Shown: positions 50,161-60,376, counted from the stretch's first letter. The stretch is DNA of 64,000 nt from Christensenella sp. UBA6094 (GCA_002435915.1 DIWY01000004.1:138053-202052), one strand, 5' to 3'. Numbers and translations: made by a program. Notes: generated by a model not told the origin, from the sequence alone.

Positions 50161-50475
50161 ATGAATACAAAGGCAAAACCAAAAACAGAAACTTTAATAA
50201 GCAAATATAAGCAATGGGTACCATACAGCAATCAAGCAGTTGGATGTGTTGGTTTCTCTGTGCTCTCTCTCATATTTTTATTCTTTAACTTGTTTTTCTC
50301 TGTTGCATTTAGCTTGCTCTCTTTTATATTTTTTTCTTTAACAAAACCTCGTGTTAAAGCTGATTATGATAATAGATGGTTCGCCTCATTTGGTTTTATA
50401 CTTGCTTCAGTAACGTTATTCGTAGTAATACTTACGCATATAGTCGTAAACAACATATTTGGTATATTATTATAA
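50161..50475 (+). CDS. small membrane protein (2-3 TM)
   Basis: GGAGGT precedes the ATG at 50161, 15 nt after the upstream stop. A terminator AGCGCAT-AATGCGCT follows. Confidence 0.5.
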   Translation: MNTKAKPKTETLISKYKQWVPYSNQAVGCVGFSVLSLIFLFFNLFFSVAFSLLSFIFFSLTKPRVKADYDNRWFASFGFILASVTLFVVILTHIVVNNIFGILL

Positions 50476-50555
50476 AAAAAGCGCATAATGCGCTTTTTAT
50501 TTTATCTTTATTATATTTCTACAAACAAAAAAAGGCTTACGCCTTTTTTGTTTTT

Positions 50556-51758
50556 TTATTCTGCTGTTGCTGCTGCAAACAAGCTTTGTTCATTTATAGC
50601 ATTTGCATTTACATTGAGTTTTGTTAGTGTATCAATGCTGGTGTAGACATAAGACGAATCCATGTTGCCATCGATTGTATACATATCGCCGCCAGCAAAC
50701 ATTATTAGAACATTAGACATCTTACCAAGGTTATAAGTTTTCTTTGAGCTTATATCATATGAGTATAGATTATCTACTTCAACGGTTGCAGCTTCTATGG
50801 CGGTTGCAGTTGCCGTAGTTGCTGTAGTTGCTGTAGCTGTTGGATCTGCAGCCACTGTTTCTGAGAACGAGAAGTATATTGATCCACTACTCATTGAGAA
50901 TGAGTTTAGTCCATAGTTATTTGGATTGAAAGACAATACTGTATCAGTAATCTTCTTCTCTGCTAAAGAATAGAGCTGGAATACATAGCTGCTTGTTGTT
51001 TGATCAGTAGTTATGCAAAGAACAAGACCATCTTTAACTAATGCAGGAGTCATAGTACTATCATTTAACACTTGCTCACTAGTTGTTTCGCCTAGCTTCA
51101 CTCTATTAAGGCTAATTACGCCAGTAGCTGAATCCGAGTATGAATAATATAAATATCCACCATCATATCCAGCTATGTAAGAGTTAGTTCTAGAAATAAT
51201 CTTGTAATTGCTACCATCGAGGTTACAACTTACTATTCCTTTGATGCTGTTTGACATATAAACTGTGTCTTTTACAACATAAACTGACTCAAACAAACCA
51301 ATAAATATTCTCGTTGATTTCTTTGTGGAAATATTATATTTATAAACGTCATATAGATCCTGACCGCTATAAATAATGTTCCCATTTATTATATTCAAAT
51401 TGCCTCCGCAGTCATCAATAAGCACTGTTTCGTTTTTGCCTTCTTTATCTGATCTATATAAATGTGTTTTTCCATTAGTATCTGCTTTTACATAATATAA
51501 ATAATTATCATCAGCGACTATTAGATTGTTTGGTGTCATTAACGCATTTGAGATATTATAGCCCGTATCAGTATTAACATCTTTTATGTAGCTAAATGTA
51601 GAGCTATCGTTTGCAACTGTAATTTTGGTTTCTAGCGCTGTTGTAGCATCCGCACTTGCTGTTGCACTGGCAGTTGCTGTTGCATCAGTTGTAGATGAGC
51701 TGCATGCTGTGAGCAATACCATAGATAGCGCTATCATAGATACCATTATTTTTTTCAT
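50556..51758 (-). CDS. lipoprotein, beta-propeller-like (DUF5050-like) with Ala/Thr linkers
   Basis: Lipobox LLTAC|SSS. Recurrent ..LYYV.. / ..IYFS.. blade-like motifs. Confidence 0.6.
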   Translation of the reverse strand: MKKIMVSMIALSMVLLTACSSSTTDATATASATASADATTALETKITVANDSSTFSYIKDVNTDTGYNISNALMTPNNLIVADDNYLYYVKADTNGKTHLYRSDKEGKNETVLIDDCGGNLNIINGNIIYSGQDLYDVYKYNISTKKSTRIFIGLFESVYVVKDTVYMSNSIKGIVSCNLDGSNYKIISRTNSYIAGYDGGYLYYSYSDSATGVISLNRVKLGETTSEQVLNDSTMTPALVKDGLVLCITTDQTTSSYVFQLYSLAEKKITDTVLSFNPNNYGLNSFSMSSGSIYFSFSETVAADPTATATTATTATATAIEAATVEVDNLYSYDISSKKTYNLGKMSNVLIMFAGGDMYTIDGNMDSSYVYTSIDTLTKLNVNANAINEQSLFAAATAE

Positions 51759-51954
51759 ATTTTTCTCCCCTGTTTTTCATTTTCGCTTAACTAAGTTAAT
51801 ATTAACTCAACAAAACGGCTAAAGCAACCATATACACATTATTGTCACATTTCAAGCTATAAGAAACATAATTGCCTAGTTTATAAAAGCTTATACGTAT
51901 AGTACAGCTAAAATCATATTAACATTACAGCAAAAAGAAAAAGCGCTGTTGCGC

Positions 51955-52161
51955 TTACTCTATGTCGTAACCAGCATCTTCAATAGCTTCTATAAGCTTT
52001 TCAGTTTGAACAGATGTTTCATCATATTCAATTACAACTTTCTTCTCTTCAAGATCTATATTTACATTGTTCACTCCTTCGATATCTTTAAGTGCCATTG
52101 TTATTGCCCTTTTGCAATGTTCGCATGACATTCCAGGAACGTAATAAGAAACAGTCTTCAT
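51955..52161 (-). CDS. copZ: heavy-metal-associated copper chaperone CopZ-like
   Basis: 68 aa with a GMSCEHC motif. Confidence 0.85.
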   Translation of the reverse strand: MKTVSYYVPGMSCEHCKRAITMALKDIEGVNNVNIDLEEKKVVIEYDETSVQTEKLIEAIEDAGYDIE

Positions 52162-52222
52162 CTGTAAGGTCCCCCTTTTAAATTTATAGCAGTATTATAC
52201 CCATATAAATTATATTTAAAAT

Positions 52223-52789
52223 CTATATTAACAAATTATTTATTCTGTGTTTTTTGTTTTTTGTATAATGGAGTAATTTTGGGTACAGTTTTATTGAGCA
52301 TGCACCACATACAGTTCCTAAAATAGCACCAGCAATTATATCAGTTGGATAATGTACCCCAAGATATACTCTTGAAAACGCTATCAAAATCGCAACTATA
52401 TATGCAGCTCCTCCATACTTCTTGTTGTATTTAAGTATTACATACGCAGCAGCAAAGCTGGCAAATGTATGCCCCGAAGGAAAGGAATAATCGCTCGGCT
52501 CAGCTATTATTGCATTAACCCATGCTACTTCTGTAAATGGTCTTGGCCTAGCAAAGATGTTCTTAAGTACTAAGCTATTTATTACGCCAGATAACACAAT
52601 TGCCAATATCACCACGACTCCCATTTCTCTAGTCTTCTTATAAAAGAGAAACGCAATGCCAATAACTAACCATATGGCTCCTAATGTGCCCAAATTTGTA
52701 ATAAACGTCATTATTGGATTAAGTACTGGGTTTCGCATATTAATTGCCATATGAAGAAAAAAAGCATCAAAGGCTTGAATATAAATCAT
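52223..52789 (-). CDS. PAP2 family phosphatase (BcrC/PgpB-like)
   Basis: KNIFARPRP, PSGH and SRVYLGVHYPTD. Confidence 0.85.
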   Translation of the reverse strand: MIYIQAFDAFFLHMAINMRNPVLNPIMTFITNLGTLGAIWLVIGIAFLFYKKTREMGVVVILAIVLSGVINSLVLKNIFARPRPFTEVAWVNAIIAEPSDYSFPSGHTFASFAAAYVILKYNKKYGGAAYIVAILIAFSRVYLGVHYPTDIIAGAILGTVCGACSIKLYPKLLHYTKNKKHRINNLLI

Positions 52790-52866
52790 GAACTTCTCCT
52801 CGGGTCAAAAATTAAAAGTCGAAAAAACAGCTTATGCTATAATGCAAAAAAGTAAACAGTAAACTA

Positions 52867-54498
52867 CTAACTTAAAGCAGAAATCAAACTAGGTACGATT
52901 TGTTTTTTTCTAGAAACTACTCCATCCATTGAAAAACTGTTCTCGTCATCGAGCGGTGAAAAAGCTTTCGATACTAACCCTTTTTGAGATTCAGTAAACA
53001 AAACTTCGGTTTTCTCTTCAATAATATCTGTAAAAAGAATTAGTAATATGTTATAACTCTTCTTTTCTGCAAGCTCATCTAGATATCCTAAAATAGACTC
53101 CTGTAATTTTTCTATACTGCTAAAGTCTGTTGTATATACTTGACCAATACCGATTTTAGTCTTTCCAATAACGTATTCTTTAAAATCGCTCTGAATTATT
53201 TCATCTATAGTTAGGCCATGCAAAGTCGTTCCTGCATCAAACATTTGCATACTAAATGTATCTATATCTATTCCGGCAATGTTCGCTAACTTTTCAGCAG
53301 TAATACGATCTAATTTTGTGCTTGTAGGAGATTTGAATCTAATTGTGTCCGAAAGAATGGCTGCACATAATATGCCAGCTATTGAGGCTGAGGGCGTAAT
53401 CCCTTGAAAAGAAAACAAGTTAGCAATTATAGTTGCTGTGCTTCCTGTTGGCTCGTTTCTGTAGTAAATTGGGCTACCTGTTTGTATATCTCCGATCCGG
53501 TGATGATCGATAATCTCTAAAATTTCCGCTTGTTCAATCCCTTGAACTGACTGAGATTTTTCGCTATGATCAACAAGTATTACCTTCTTTTTTTGTTGTT
53601 TTAACATATGATGATTGGAAATAAACCCTTTGAAATGATGGTGTTCATCTACAACTGGGAAATTTCTGAATCTAGTCTGAAGCATTCTTTCCTTAACATC
53701 ATCAATAAATTCATCATTATTAAAGTAAACAAGGTTTTTTGATGTCATAGTAAATTCTACCGGGATACTCTGATACAAAAGTCTTGCGCTTGTAAAAGTA
53801 TCATAACTTGTAGTCAGCAATGTGCACTCATGAGTTTTTGCAAGTTCAATAACATCTTCGTCAATCTGACTACCGCAAGTTACAATAACACAGCTCGCAC
53901 CTGCAGCGATTGCCTTCATCTGGTTTTGTTTTATATCACCAACAAAAACTATGTCGCCATTTTCTATATACTCAACCATTCCGCCCGGTGTCATGGCACC
54001 AATTATAGCTTTTCCAGAACCTTCAAATGCTTTTTTAGAGCTTAAAACTAATACTGCATCAAGCGTCTTAATAACATTTTCAATTGGCGTATGGCTCGCT
54101 GACAATACATTACTAGCAGTCATATTCATATATGAATACGCAATATCAGAAACTGATACTATTCCTATCATTATCTTTTCGGCGTTTTCTACAGGTAAAA
54201 CAGCAAGATTATTTTCTATGAGGATCTGCCAAGCATCTTTTATAGAAATATATGGTGATACTGGTTCGATTACATCCATCTCAATATCTGATACCTGAGT
54301 TTTAACTGTAGTTAGATACTCAGGCTCAGAAAAACCAAAGTAATTTAACACGAATTCGGTTTCTCTATTTATTTTTCCAATTCTAACAGGAACAGCATTT
54401 ACGTTATGATGCTGTTTTAAATCAGCATAAGCTATAGCTGAGCATATCGAATCTGTATCTGGGTTTTTATGCCCAGTTATATATACGGTTTCTTTCAT
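52867..54498 (-). CDS. family II inorganic pyrophosphatase with CBS/DRTGG insert
   Basis: HKNPDTDSICS, an internal CBS pair plus a DRTGG-like segment, VDHSE, IIDHHRIG, and a DHHA2 C-terminus. GGAGG precedes the ATG at 54498. Confidence 0.85.
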   Translation of the reverse strand: MKETVYITGHKNPDTDSICSAIAYADLKQHHNVNAVPVRIGKINRETEFVLNYFGFSEPEYLTTVKTQVSDIEMDVIEPVSPYISIKDAWQILIENNLAVLPVENAEKIMIGIVSVSDIAYSYMNMTASNVLSASHTPIENVIKTLDAVLVLSSKKAFEGSGKAIIGAMTPGGMVEYIENGDIVFVGDIKQNQMKAIAAGASCVIVTCGSQIDEDVIELAKTHECTLLTTSYDTFTSARLLYQSIPVEFTMTSKNLVYFNNDEFIDDVKERMLQTRFRNFPVVDEHHHFKGFISNHHMLKQQKKKVILVDHSEKSQSVQGIEQAEILEIIDHHRIGDIQTGSPIYYRNEPTGSTATIIANLFSFQGITPSASIAGILCAAILSDTIRFKSPTSTKLDRITAEKLANIAGIDIDTFSMQMFDAGTTLHGLTIDEIIQSDFKEYVIGKTKIGIGQVYTTDFSSIEKLQESILGYLDELAEKKSYNILLILFTDIIEEKTEVLFTESQKGLVSKAFSPLDDENSFSMDGVVSRKKQIVPSLISALS

Positions 54499-54688
54499 AA
54501 TTATTATAGGCCTCCAATATAAGCGGTAAATTTTTGATATCAACTATTCAACTTCATAATCATAATCAAAAAGAAGCGGCAATGCAATAAATGTTATTTT
54601 TAGGACAATTGAATGTTTAGTAGATTTTTTGAGCAAAAAAAGAAGGCATCATCCAAATATTGGTGCTTGCCATCTTCAAGAAAATTTT

Positions 54689-54771
54689 TGGTGCGAAGGA
54701 CGGGACTTGAACCCGTACGGTTGCCCACACGCCCCTCAAACGTGCGCGTCTGCCAGTTCCGCCACCCTCGC
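54689..54771 (-). tRNA. tRNA-Leu (anticodon GAG)
   Basis: Hand-folded. Acceptor GCGAGGG/CCTTCGC, anticodon arm CACGT-TTGAGGG-GCGTG, long variable arm, GGTTCAAGTCC T-loop, encoded CCA. 83 nt. Confidence 0.9.
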
Positions 54772-54806
54772 AAGTGCGCATGCTATTAATAATAGCACGC
54801 TAAATT

Positions 54807-54835
54807 ATTTTAGCTCAAATCGGTTTCTCTGTCAA
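54807..54835 (-). promoter_or_regulatory. candidate promoter for tRNA-Leu(GAG)
   Basis: Minus strand: TTGACA, 17 nt spacer, TAAAAT, about 35 nt upstream of the mature 5' end. Confidence 0.6.
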
Positions 54836-54843
54836 TGGGGTTG

Positions 54844-56514
54844 TTATTTAATGTACCATGCATTTATTCCGTTGAACACATTATCTGTTAACGTTTCAGT
54901 AACTCCGCCTATATTATCATTTATAAGTAATGATCTTGATTTGAAGTTAAGGCATATAAATGGTAATTCTTCAGTAAATAGCTTCTGGAAAGATGCTGTA
55001 TTGCTAAGAATTGTACTTTCGTCTTTCGAATTAGCGTAAGCATTTATATAGGAACTAAGAGTGCTATTTGAGTATTTACCATAGTTCAAATAGTAAGCCG
55101 CGCCAGTATCGCTAGTGAGCATATTGCTAACATCCATATCATTTTTCAAAACAACATTACATACTGCTATATCAAAATCCCCATTACTCAGAGCTTTCAA
55201 ATAATCAGTATAAATCTTTTTTACTATTTCTACTGAAATACCAATCTTATTTAAATCGTTTTTAATGTTATTTGCTGTTTCAATATTAAGTGTTCTTGAA
55301 GTATCATCTATAACAAGAATTTTTAAAGAAACTTGGCTACTCCCCTGCATCAGTTTGTATGTTTTTAGTCCGGATGACGCTTCTACTGTCTCTTTTTGGC
55401 TCATGCCTAGTGAATTGAACAACGTAAGCGCCTTATCATAATCATAGTTATATTGAGTATACGCTGTACTATATCTCCAGTCTGTCGGTAACAGTGGAGC
55501 ATCAACAGGGTCAGCATGGGAAATGTATACATTGTTGATTATCTTCTTTTTATCAATAGCATAGTTTAGTGCTTGTCTAAACCCCTTGTTTTTAAGATTT
55601 GCTTTAGTTGTATTTATTAACAGATAATTCAACTCAGAAGTAGGCAACTTATATCTGTTTGCTGATGCACTTTTGCGATAAATATCAGAACTTACACTTT
55701 CTGTATCAATAATATCTATTTCACCCTTAGCAAATGCTTCAAGAGCGTCTTTTTCGCTGCTGTAGCATATAGCTGTAATTGAATTTAAATATGGCTGTGG
55801 TTTCCACCATTTCTCATTTGGCACAAGAACTAACTTGCTATCCTTAACATAGCTAGAGAGCTTAAATGGGCCAGTTCCTATAGGTGTCGTGCTTGCACTT
55901 GCAGCCTTGCATAAAACCGGGAAATTAAGCGCGTATAAAGTGTTCAAACCGGTTTTAACTCCAGTAACTTTGATATGTCTATCATCAATTTCATCAATTG
56001 ACGCTATTGCTTGAATTATATCCGTATATTTTGATACACCTTGAGCAGCGGTGCTCTTAATTAAGTTATATGTATACACTACGTCTTTACTAGTGAATTT
56101 TGTTCCGTTAGAAAAATAAACATTGTCGCGCAAAGTTATTGTAAACGTTTTGCTGTCCTCACCAATCTCCCAGCTTTCAGCTAGCATACCTTGAGGTTTG
56201 TTGTTACCATCAATATAAATAACTTTCTCATATATAAGCGAGTATATATCTTCCATAGCAACAGAAGAATTACGGAATGGGTTTAAAGATTGAACGCCTT
56301 TAGGTAAATAGATCTTTATATCTCCACCGTTTTTTTCTTCGTTAGTTTTAATTGTAACTGCATTTTTTACAGGCACATCAACAGCCTCTGTTTCGGTGCT
56401 GTCAGAATTAGTTAGATTACTACAACTAGAAATGCCTACTATTACTAAGATAGCAAGCATTAGGATGAGTATTTTATTTGAATGTGTCTTTATAAATTCG
56501 CTTATATTTTTCAT
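54844..56514 (-). CDS. ABC transporter substrate-binding lipoprotein, family 5 (peptide/nickel type), orphan
   Basis: About 556 aa. Signal/lipobox ...VIVGISSC. SBP_bac_5-like body. Start at ATG 56514 or GTG 56520 rather than 56583. Confidence 0.8.
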   Translation of the reverse strand: MKNISEFIKTHSNKILILMLAILVIVGISSCSNLTNSDSTETEAVDVPVKNAVTIKTNEEKNGGDIKIYLPKGVQSLNPFRNSSVAMEDIYSLIYEKVIYIDGNNKPQGMLAESWEIGEDSKTFTITLRDNVYFSNGTKFTSKDVVYTYNLIKSTAAQGVSKYTDIIQAIASIDEIDDRHIKVTGVKTGLNTLYALNFPVLCKAASASTTPIGTGPFKLSSYVKDSKLVLVPNEKWWKPQPYLNSITAICYSSEKDALEAFAKGEIDIIDTESVSSDIYRKSASANRYKLPTSELNYLLINTTKANLKNKGFRQALNYAIDKKKIINNVYISHADPVDAPLLPTDWRYSTAYTQYNYDYDKALTLFNSLGMSQKETVEASSGLKTYKLMQGSSQVSLKILVIDDTSRTLNIETANNIKNDLNKIGISVEIVKKIYTDYLKALSNGDFDIAVCNVVLKNDMDVSNMLTSDTGAAYYLNYGKYSNSTLSSYINAYANSKDESTILSNTASFQKLFTEELPFICLNFKSRSLLINDNIGGVTETLTDNVFNGINAWYIK

Positions 56515-57061
56515 ATGCACTGTTAATCCTCTTAACGTAATTCTCTGTTTCTTTGTATGGTATGCTAGAAAGCGTTTTGCCATCGCTGCTTAGTGTAGAA
56601 TCATTTAACCATGTGGTGACTTTTTGAGGGCCCGCGTTATATGCGGCAACCATTAAATCAGTATTACCGTCAAACTTCTTTTCTAAATAATTCAAATACC
56701 AACAGCCAAGTTGAATGTTCATTTTTGGATCAGTCAGAGCACTTTTACTATACTCGCTTATACCTGCCTTGTTAGCTATCCATTCACCAGTAGCAGGCAT
56801 TATTTGCATAAGACCAACAGCTCCTGCTGAAGAAACAACATCGTCGTCGAATTTGCTTTCAGAATATATAACAGCACAAACAAGATATGGGTCGAGTTCG
56901 TATTTACTACTCATCTGTTCTATTATATTTTCGTGTTTTAACATGTATATTTGTTTTTCAATATAGCCACTAAGTACAAAATATCCAACTACAGCAAAGA
57001 TTAACAAAAAAATAGTTGTTATTATCACTGCACTTCGTTTATGTTTTCTCGGTTTTGCCAT
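56474..57061 (-). CDS. lytic transglycosylase (SLT domain), membrane anchored
   Basis: N-terminal TM segment. ESKFDDDVVSSAGAVGLMQIMPATGEW catalytic region. AYNAGP. Confidence 0.85.
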   Translation of the reverse strand: MAKPRKHKRSAVIITTIFLLIFAVVGYFVLSGYIEKQIYMLKHENIIEQMSSKYELDPYLVCAVIYSESKFDDDVVSSAGAVGLMQIMPATGEWIANKAGISEYSKSALTDPKMNIQLGCWYLNYLEKKFDGNTDLMVAAYNAGPQKVTTWLNDSTLSSDGKTLSSIPYKETENYVKRINSAYEKYKRIYKDTFK

Positions 57062-57070
57062 TATGTCCCC

Positions 57071-57667
57071 CTATAATCCTAATTCCTCGGCGTATTTGTT
57101 AACATCAGATATCAATTGATCAGCTGTGTTATCATTACTGAAAACTTTTGTAGCATTTTCAACATAATATCCCTCATCATTTTGCCTTAAAATCCTGTTT
57201 TCTGCGCTACTATATGATATAGCATCTCTATCAATAATTCTGCTGATTCTTTTCTCTTTGCTTGAAGTAATTACTATCACAACATCGCACAGCTTATCAA
57301 GCCCAGCTTGTTTAAGTAGCGGCGCATCAATTACAACTGCTTTACTTGTTTTGCAAACTAATTCTTTTGTTATTTCGTCTTCTATTATACTACATATTGC
57401 GGGTAGAGTTATACTGTTTAAAAGTGCTAATTTTTCATTGTTATCAAAAACAGTTTTACCAAGCTTTTTGCGGTCTAATGTTCCATCACTTAGAAAATAA
57501 TCTTCTCCAAAAGCTTCTTTAAGGCTATAGTAAGTTTCTGTGCCAGGCAAAGCAACATTCCGTGCAATCTTATCCGCATCAATAACCTTTATTCCTCTAT
57601 CTTTAAATACATTTGAGGCAATACTTTTCCCAGAGCCAGTTTGGCCGGTTATTCCTATTACAATCAT
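57071..57667 (-). CDS. coaE: dephospho-CoA kinase
   Basis: GITGQTGSGKS P-loop. 198 aa. Located downstream of polA. Confidence 0.9.
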   Translation of the reverse strand: MIVIGITGQTGSGKSIASNVFKDRGIKVIDADKIARNVALPGTETYYSLKEAFGEDYFLSDGTLDRKKLGKTVFDNNEKLALLNSITLPAICSIIEDEITKELVCKTSKAVVIDAPLLKQAGLDKLCDVVIVITSSKEKRISRIIDRDAISYSSAENRILRQNDEGYYVENATKVFSNDNTADQLISDVNKYAEELGL

Positions 57668-60243
57668 TTTGTATCATACCAGCTTTGTCCAGATTTTGCT
57701 TCTGCTATTAACGGAACGTTAAGCTTTAGTACATTCTCCATCTTATCTTTAACCATCTTAAGCATAATTTCTTCTTCATTAATTGGCACTTCAAATATAA
57801 GTTCATCGTGCACTTGTAAAATTAGCTTTGATTCTAATTTCAGAGTTTTTAATTCCTCAGTTATATCAAGCATAGCTTTCTTTATTATGTCAGCAGCAGA
57901 CCCTTGAATAGGTGTATTCATAGCTATTCGCTCACCAAAAGATTTTATATTAAAGTTGTGAGAATCAATTTCAGGAACAAATCTTTTCCTGCCCATTAGA
58001 GTTGTTACATAACCATCCTGTTTGCATTTTTTCACTATATCTTCCATGAAAAGCTTAATAGATGGATAACGCTCAAAGTATTTTTCTATATACTGCTTAG
58101 CTTGACTACGAGATATATTAATATTCTTAGCAAGACCAAAATCACTTATGCCATATACTATTCCAAAATTAACTGCTTTTGCAGCAGATCTAAGCGTACT
58201 TGTAACTTCTGAGATAGGAACACCAAACACTTCAGATGCAGTGATTGTATGTATATCTGCTCCACTGTTAAATGCACTAATCATATTTTCATCGCCAGCT
58301 ATATGAGCAAGTACACGCAACTCAATTTGTGAGTAATCAGCGCCAATCAGCAAGCATCCTTCTTTTGCGATAAAAGCTTTACGTATCTCTCTGCCGTCTT
58401 CTGTTCTTATCGGTATGTTTTGCAGATTCGGGTCGGATGAGCTAAGTCTACCAGTTGCTGTAACAGTCTGATGGAATGTAGAATGTACTCTGCTATCGCC
58501 TTTTTGAGCAAATTCAAATAACCCATCAATGTAGGTACTTTTAAGTTTCGCTAATTTTCTATAATCAAGTATTAAAGGCACTATAGGATGCTTATCCAGT
58601 AGTTTTTCCAGAACCTCTACATCAGTTGAATAACCTGACTTTGTTTTTTTCGCTACAGGCAACTGAAGTTTTTCAAATAGTATTACTTCTAGTTGCTTAG
58701 GTGAATTCACGTTAAACTGTTCACCTGCTAGTTCAATTATTTGCTGTTGTAATGTGTTTATCTTCACGGCATAAAGCGCTTCAAGTTCTTTTAATACGCT
58801 TACATCCAACTTAAACCCGATAAGTTCCATGTCATACAATACATTTATCAATGGATGCTCTAGTTCATTATATAATTTAAGCATACCATTTGCAGATAGC
58901 TCGTTTTTCAATATTTCTTCCATATGCAATAGAACCGCAGCACCATCGATAGGTGTAGCATTTAAGTACTGATTGCTAATTTTCTCTAGCGTGTATTTCG
59001 TCGTTTGCGGCAATAGTAAATACGTAGCAAGATGCAAGTCAAATGAACAGTTAGCTAGGTTTATTCCTTCACTGCGAAGCATATGCATAGTCTTTTTTAT
59101 ATCGAATACAACTTTCTCAATGCTTTTATCCTCAAGCATTGGTTTAAGTGCACTAATCAGTTCGTAATAATCCAGTCCCTCATCTAGCATATTTTCTTTG
59201 ATATAGAACTTAATTTGCTCGTCTTTATCCGACGCAATTGATATATAGTTAGCTTCCATTAGTAGTGCTATGCGTTTTTCATCGTATTTTGCAAGTATAT
59301 TATTAAGTTCGTTTATCTCACGTATGTCGATGGTATTAATTTTTATCTCTGGCGCTATTTCTTCAGTTTTTTCAAGTTTTAGCCCTGTTAGTTTAGCGTA
59401 TATAGACTTAAGCTCATAATGCTCAAATACTTCTTGTATATCCTCAGTTTTTGGTGGATTGTACTTAAGTTCGTCTACAGTAAAGTCTATTGGCACATTG
59501 CAATCTATTGTTGCAAGTCTTTTGCTCATGATAGCAAGCGTAATATTCTCTTCTAAAAGTGTTTTCGTTCTTTTAGGAGGTAGTTCTTCGATGTGTTCGT
59601 ATAGATTCTCTATCGTCTTAAATTCAGCAATCAGAGATAGTGCGGTTTTTTCGCCTATACCAGGAACCCCTGGAATATTATCGGATTTATCTCCCATAAG
59701 TGCTTTTACGTCAATAAAGTTACGTGGTTCAATGCCATACTTTTCAGTAAAAAATTCAGGTGTGTACAATTCTGTATCAGTTATACCTTTTTTATTTAGC
59801 ATAACGGTTGTGTATTCGCTAACTAATTGCAGTACATCCTTATCTCCAGAAACTAATAGTGTACTAAATTTATTTTCATCTCCAACAGCTGCTAAAGTTC
59901 CTAAGATGTCATCAGCTTCGTATCCGTCAATTTCCAAAATAGAAACACCCATCGCTTTGAGTATGTCCTTTAAAATATCAAACTGATAAAATAGCTCTGG
60001 TGGTGTTTTAAGTCTACCAGCTTTATATTCTTTGTATTCTGTGTGCCTAAATGTAGGCGCTTTTCTGTCAAAAGCAACGCTAACATATTCAGGTTTATAT
60101 TCTGTATATGCCTTTAAAAACATGCTTAAAAAGCCATGTACTGCATTTGTATATTCTCCTCTACTGTTGGTTAGCGGAGGCAAAGCGTAAAACGCTCTAA
60201 ACATAAGGTTGTTGCCATCTATTATCATTAGCTTTTTTTGCAT
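57664..60243 (-). CDS. polA: DNA polymerase I
   Basis: 5' nuclease N-terminus (LMIIDGNNLMFRAFYA), DYSQIELRVLAH and QVHDELIFEV. AGAGGTG precedes the ATG at 60243. Confidence 0.97.
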   Translation of the reverse strand: MQKKLMIIDGNNLMFRAFYALPPLTNSRGEYTNAVHGFLSMFLKAYTEYKPEYVSVAFDRKAPTFRHTEYKEYKAGRLKTPPELFYQFDILKDILKAMGVSILEIDGYEADDILGTLAAVGDENKFSTLLVSGDKDVLQLVSEYTTVMLNKKGITDTELYTPEFFTEKYGIEPRNFIDVKALMGDKSDNIPGVPGIGEKTALSLIAEFKTIENLYEHIEELPPKRTKTLLEENITLAIMSKRLATIDCNVPIDFTVDELKYNPPKTEDIQEVFEHYELKSIYAKLTGLKLEKTEEIAPEIKINTIDIREINELNNILAKYDEKRIALLMEANYISIASDKDEQIKFYIKENMLDEGLDYYELISALKPMLEDKSIEKVVFDIKKTMHMLRSEGINLANCSFDLHLATYLLLPQTTKYTLEKISNQYLNATPIDGAAVLLHMEEILKNELSANGMLKLYNELEHPLINVLYDMELIGFKLDVSVLKELEALYAVKINTLQQQIIELAGEQFNVNSPKQLEVILFEKLQLPVAKKTKSGYSTDVEVLEKLLDKHPIVPLILDYRKLAKLKSTYIDGLFEFAQKGDSRVHSTFHQTVTATGRLSSSDPNLQNIPIRTEDGREIRKAFIAKEGCLLIGADYSQIELRVLAHIAGDENMISAFNSGADIHTITASEVFGVPISEVTSTLRSAAKAVNFGIVYGISDFGLAKNINISRSQAKQYIEKYFERYPSIKLFMEDIVKKCKQDGYVTTLMGRKRFVPEIDSHNFNIKSFGERIAMNTPIQGSAADIIKKAMLDITEELKTLKLESKLILQVHDELIFEVPINEEEIMLKMVKDKMENVLKLNVPLIAEAKSGQSWYDTK

Positions 60244-60344
60244 AATACACCTCTTCAAAAACATTATCATTAATGTACCATATATGTATATTAAAATCAA
60301 ACGCTCTTAGGCAGTTAAAACAGACAGATTTTTACATAAACAAC

Positions 60345-60372
60345 GCAAAAAAACCGCCTACAAAAGGCGGCT
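60345..60372 (-). terminator. terminator after the SIMPL lipoprotein gene
   Basis: Minus strand GCCGCC-TTTTGTA-GGCGGT followed by TTTTTTT. Confidence 0.7.
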
Positions 60373-60376
60373 TCTT

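Noticed and set aside
54629-55039. 136-aa plus-strand ORF
   Set aside because: It runs antisense through tRNA-Leu(GAG), its promoter and the 3' end of the SBP gene. It has no RBS.
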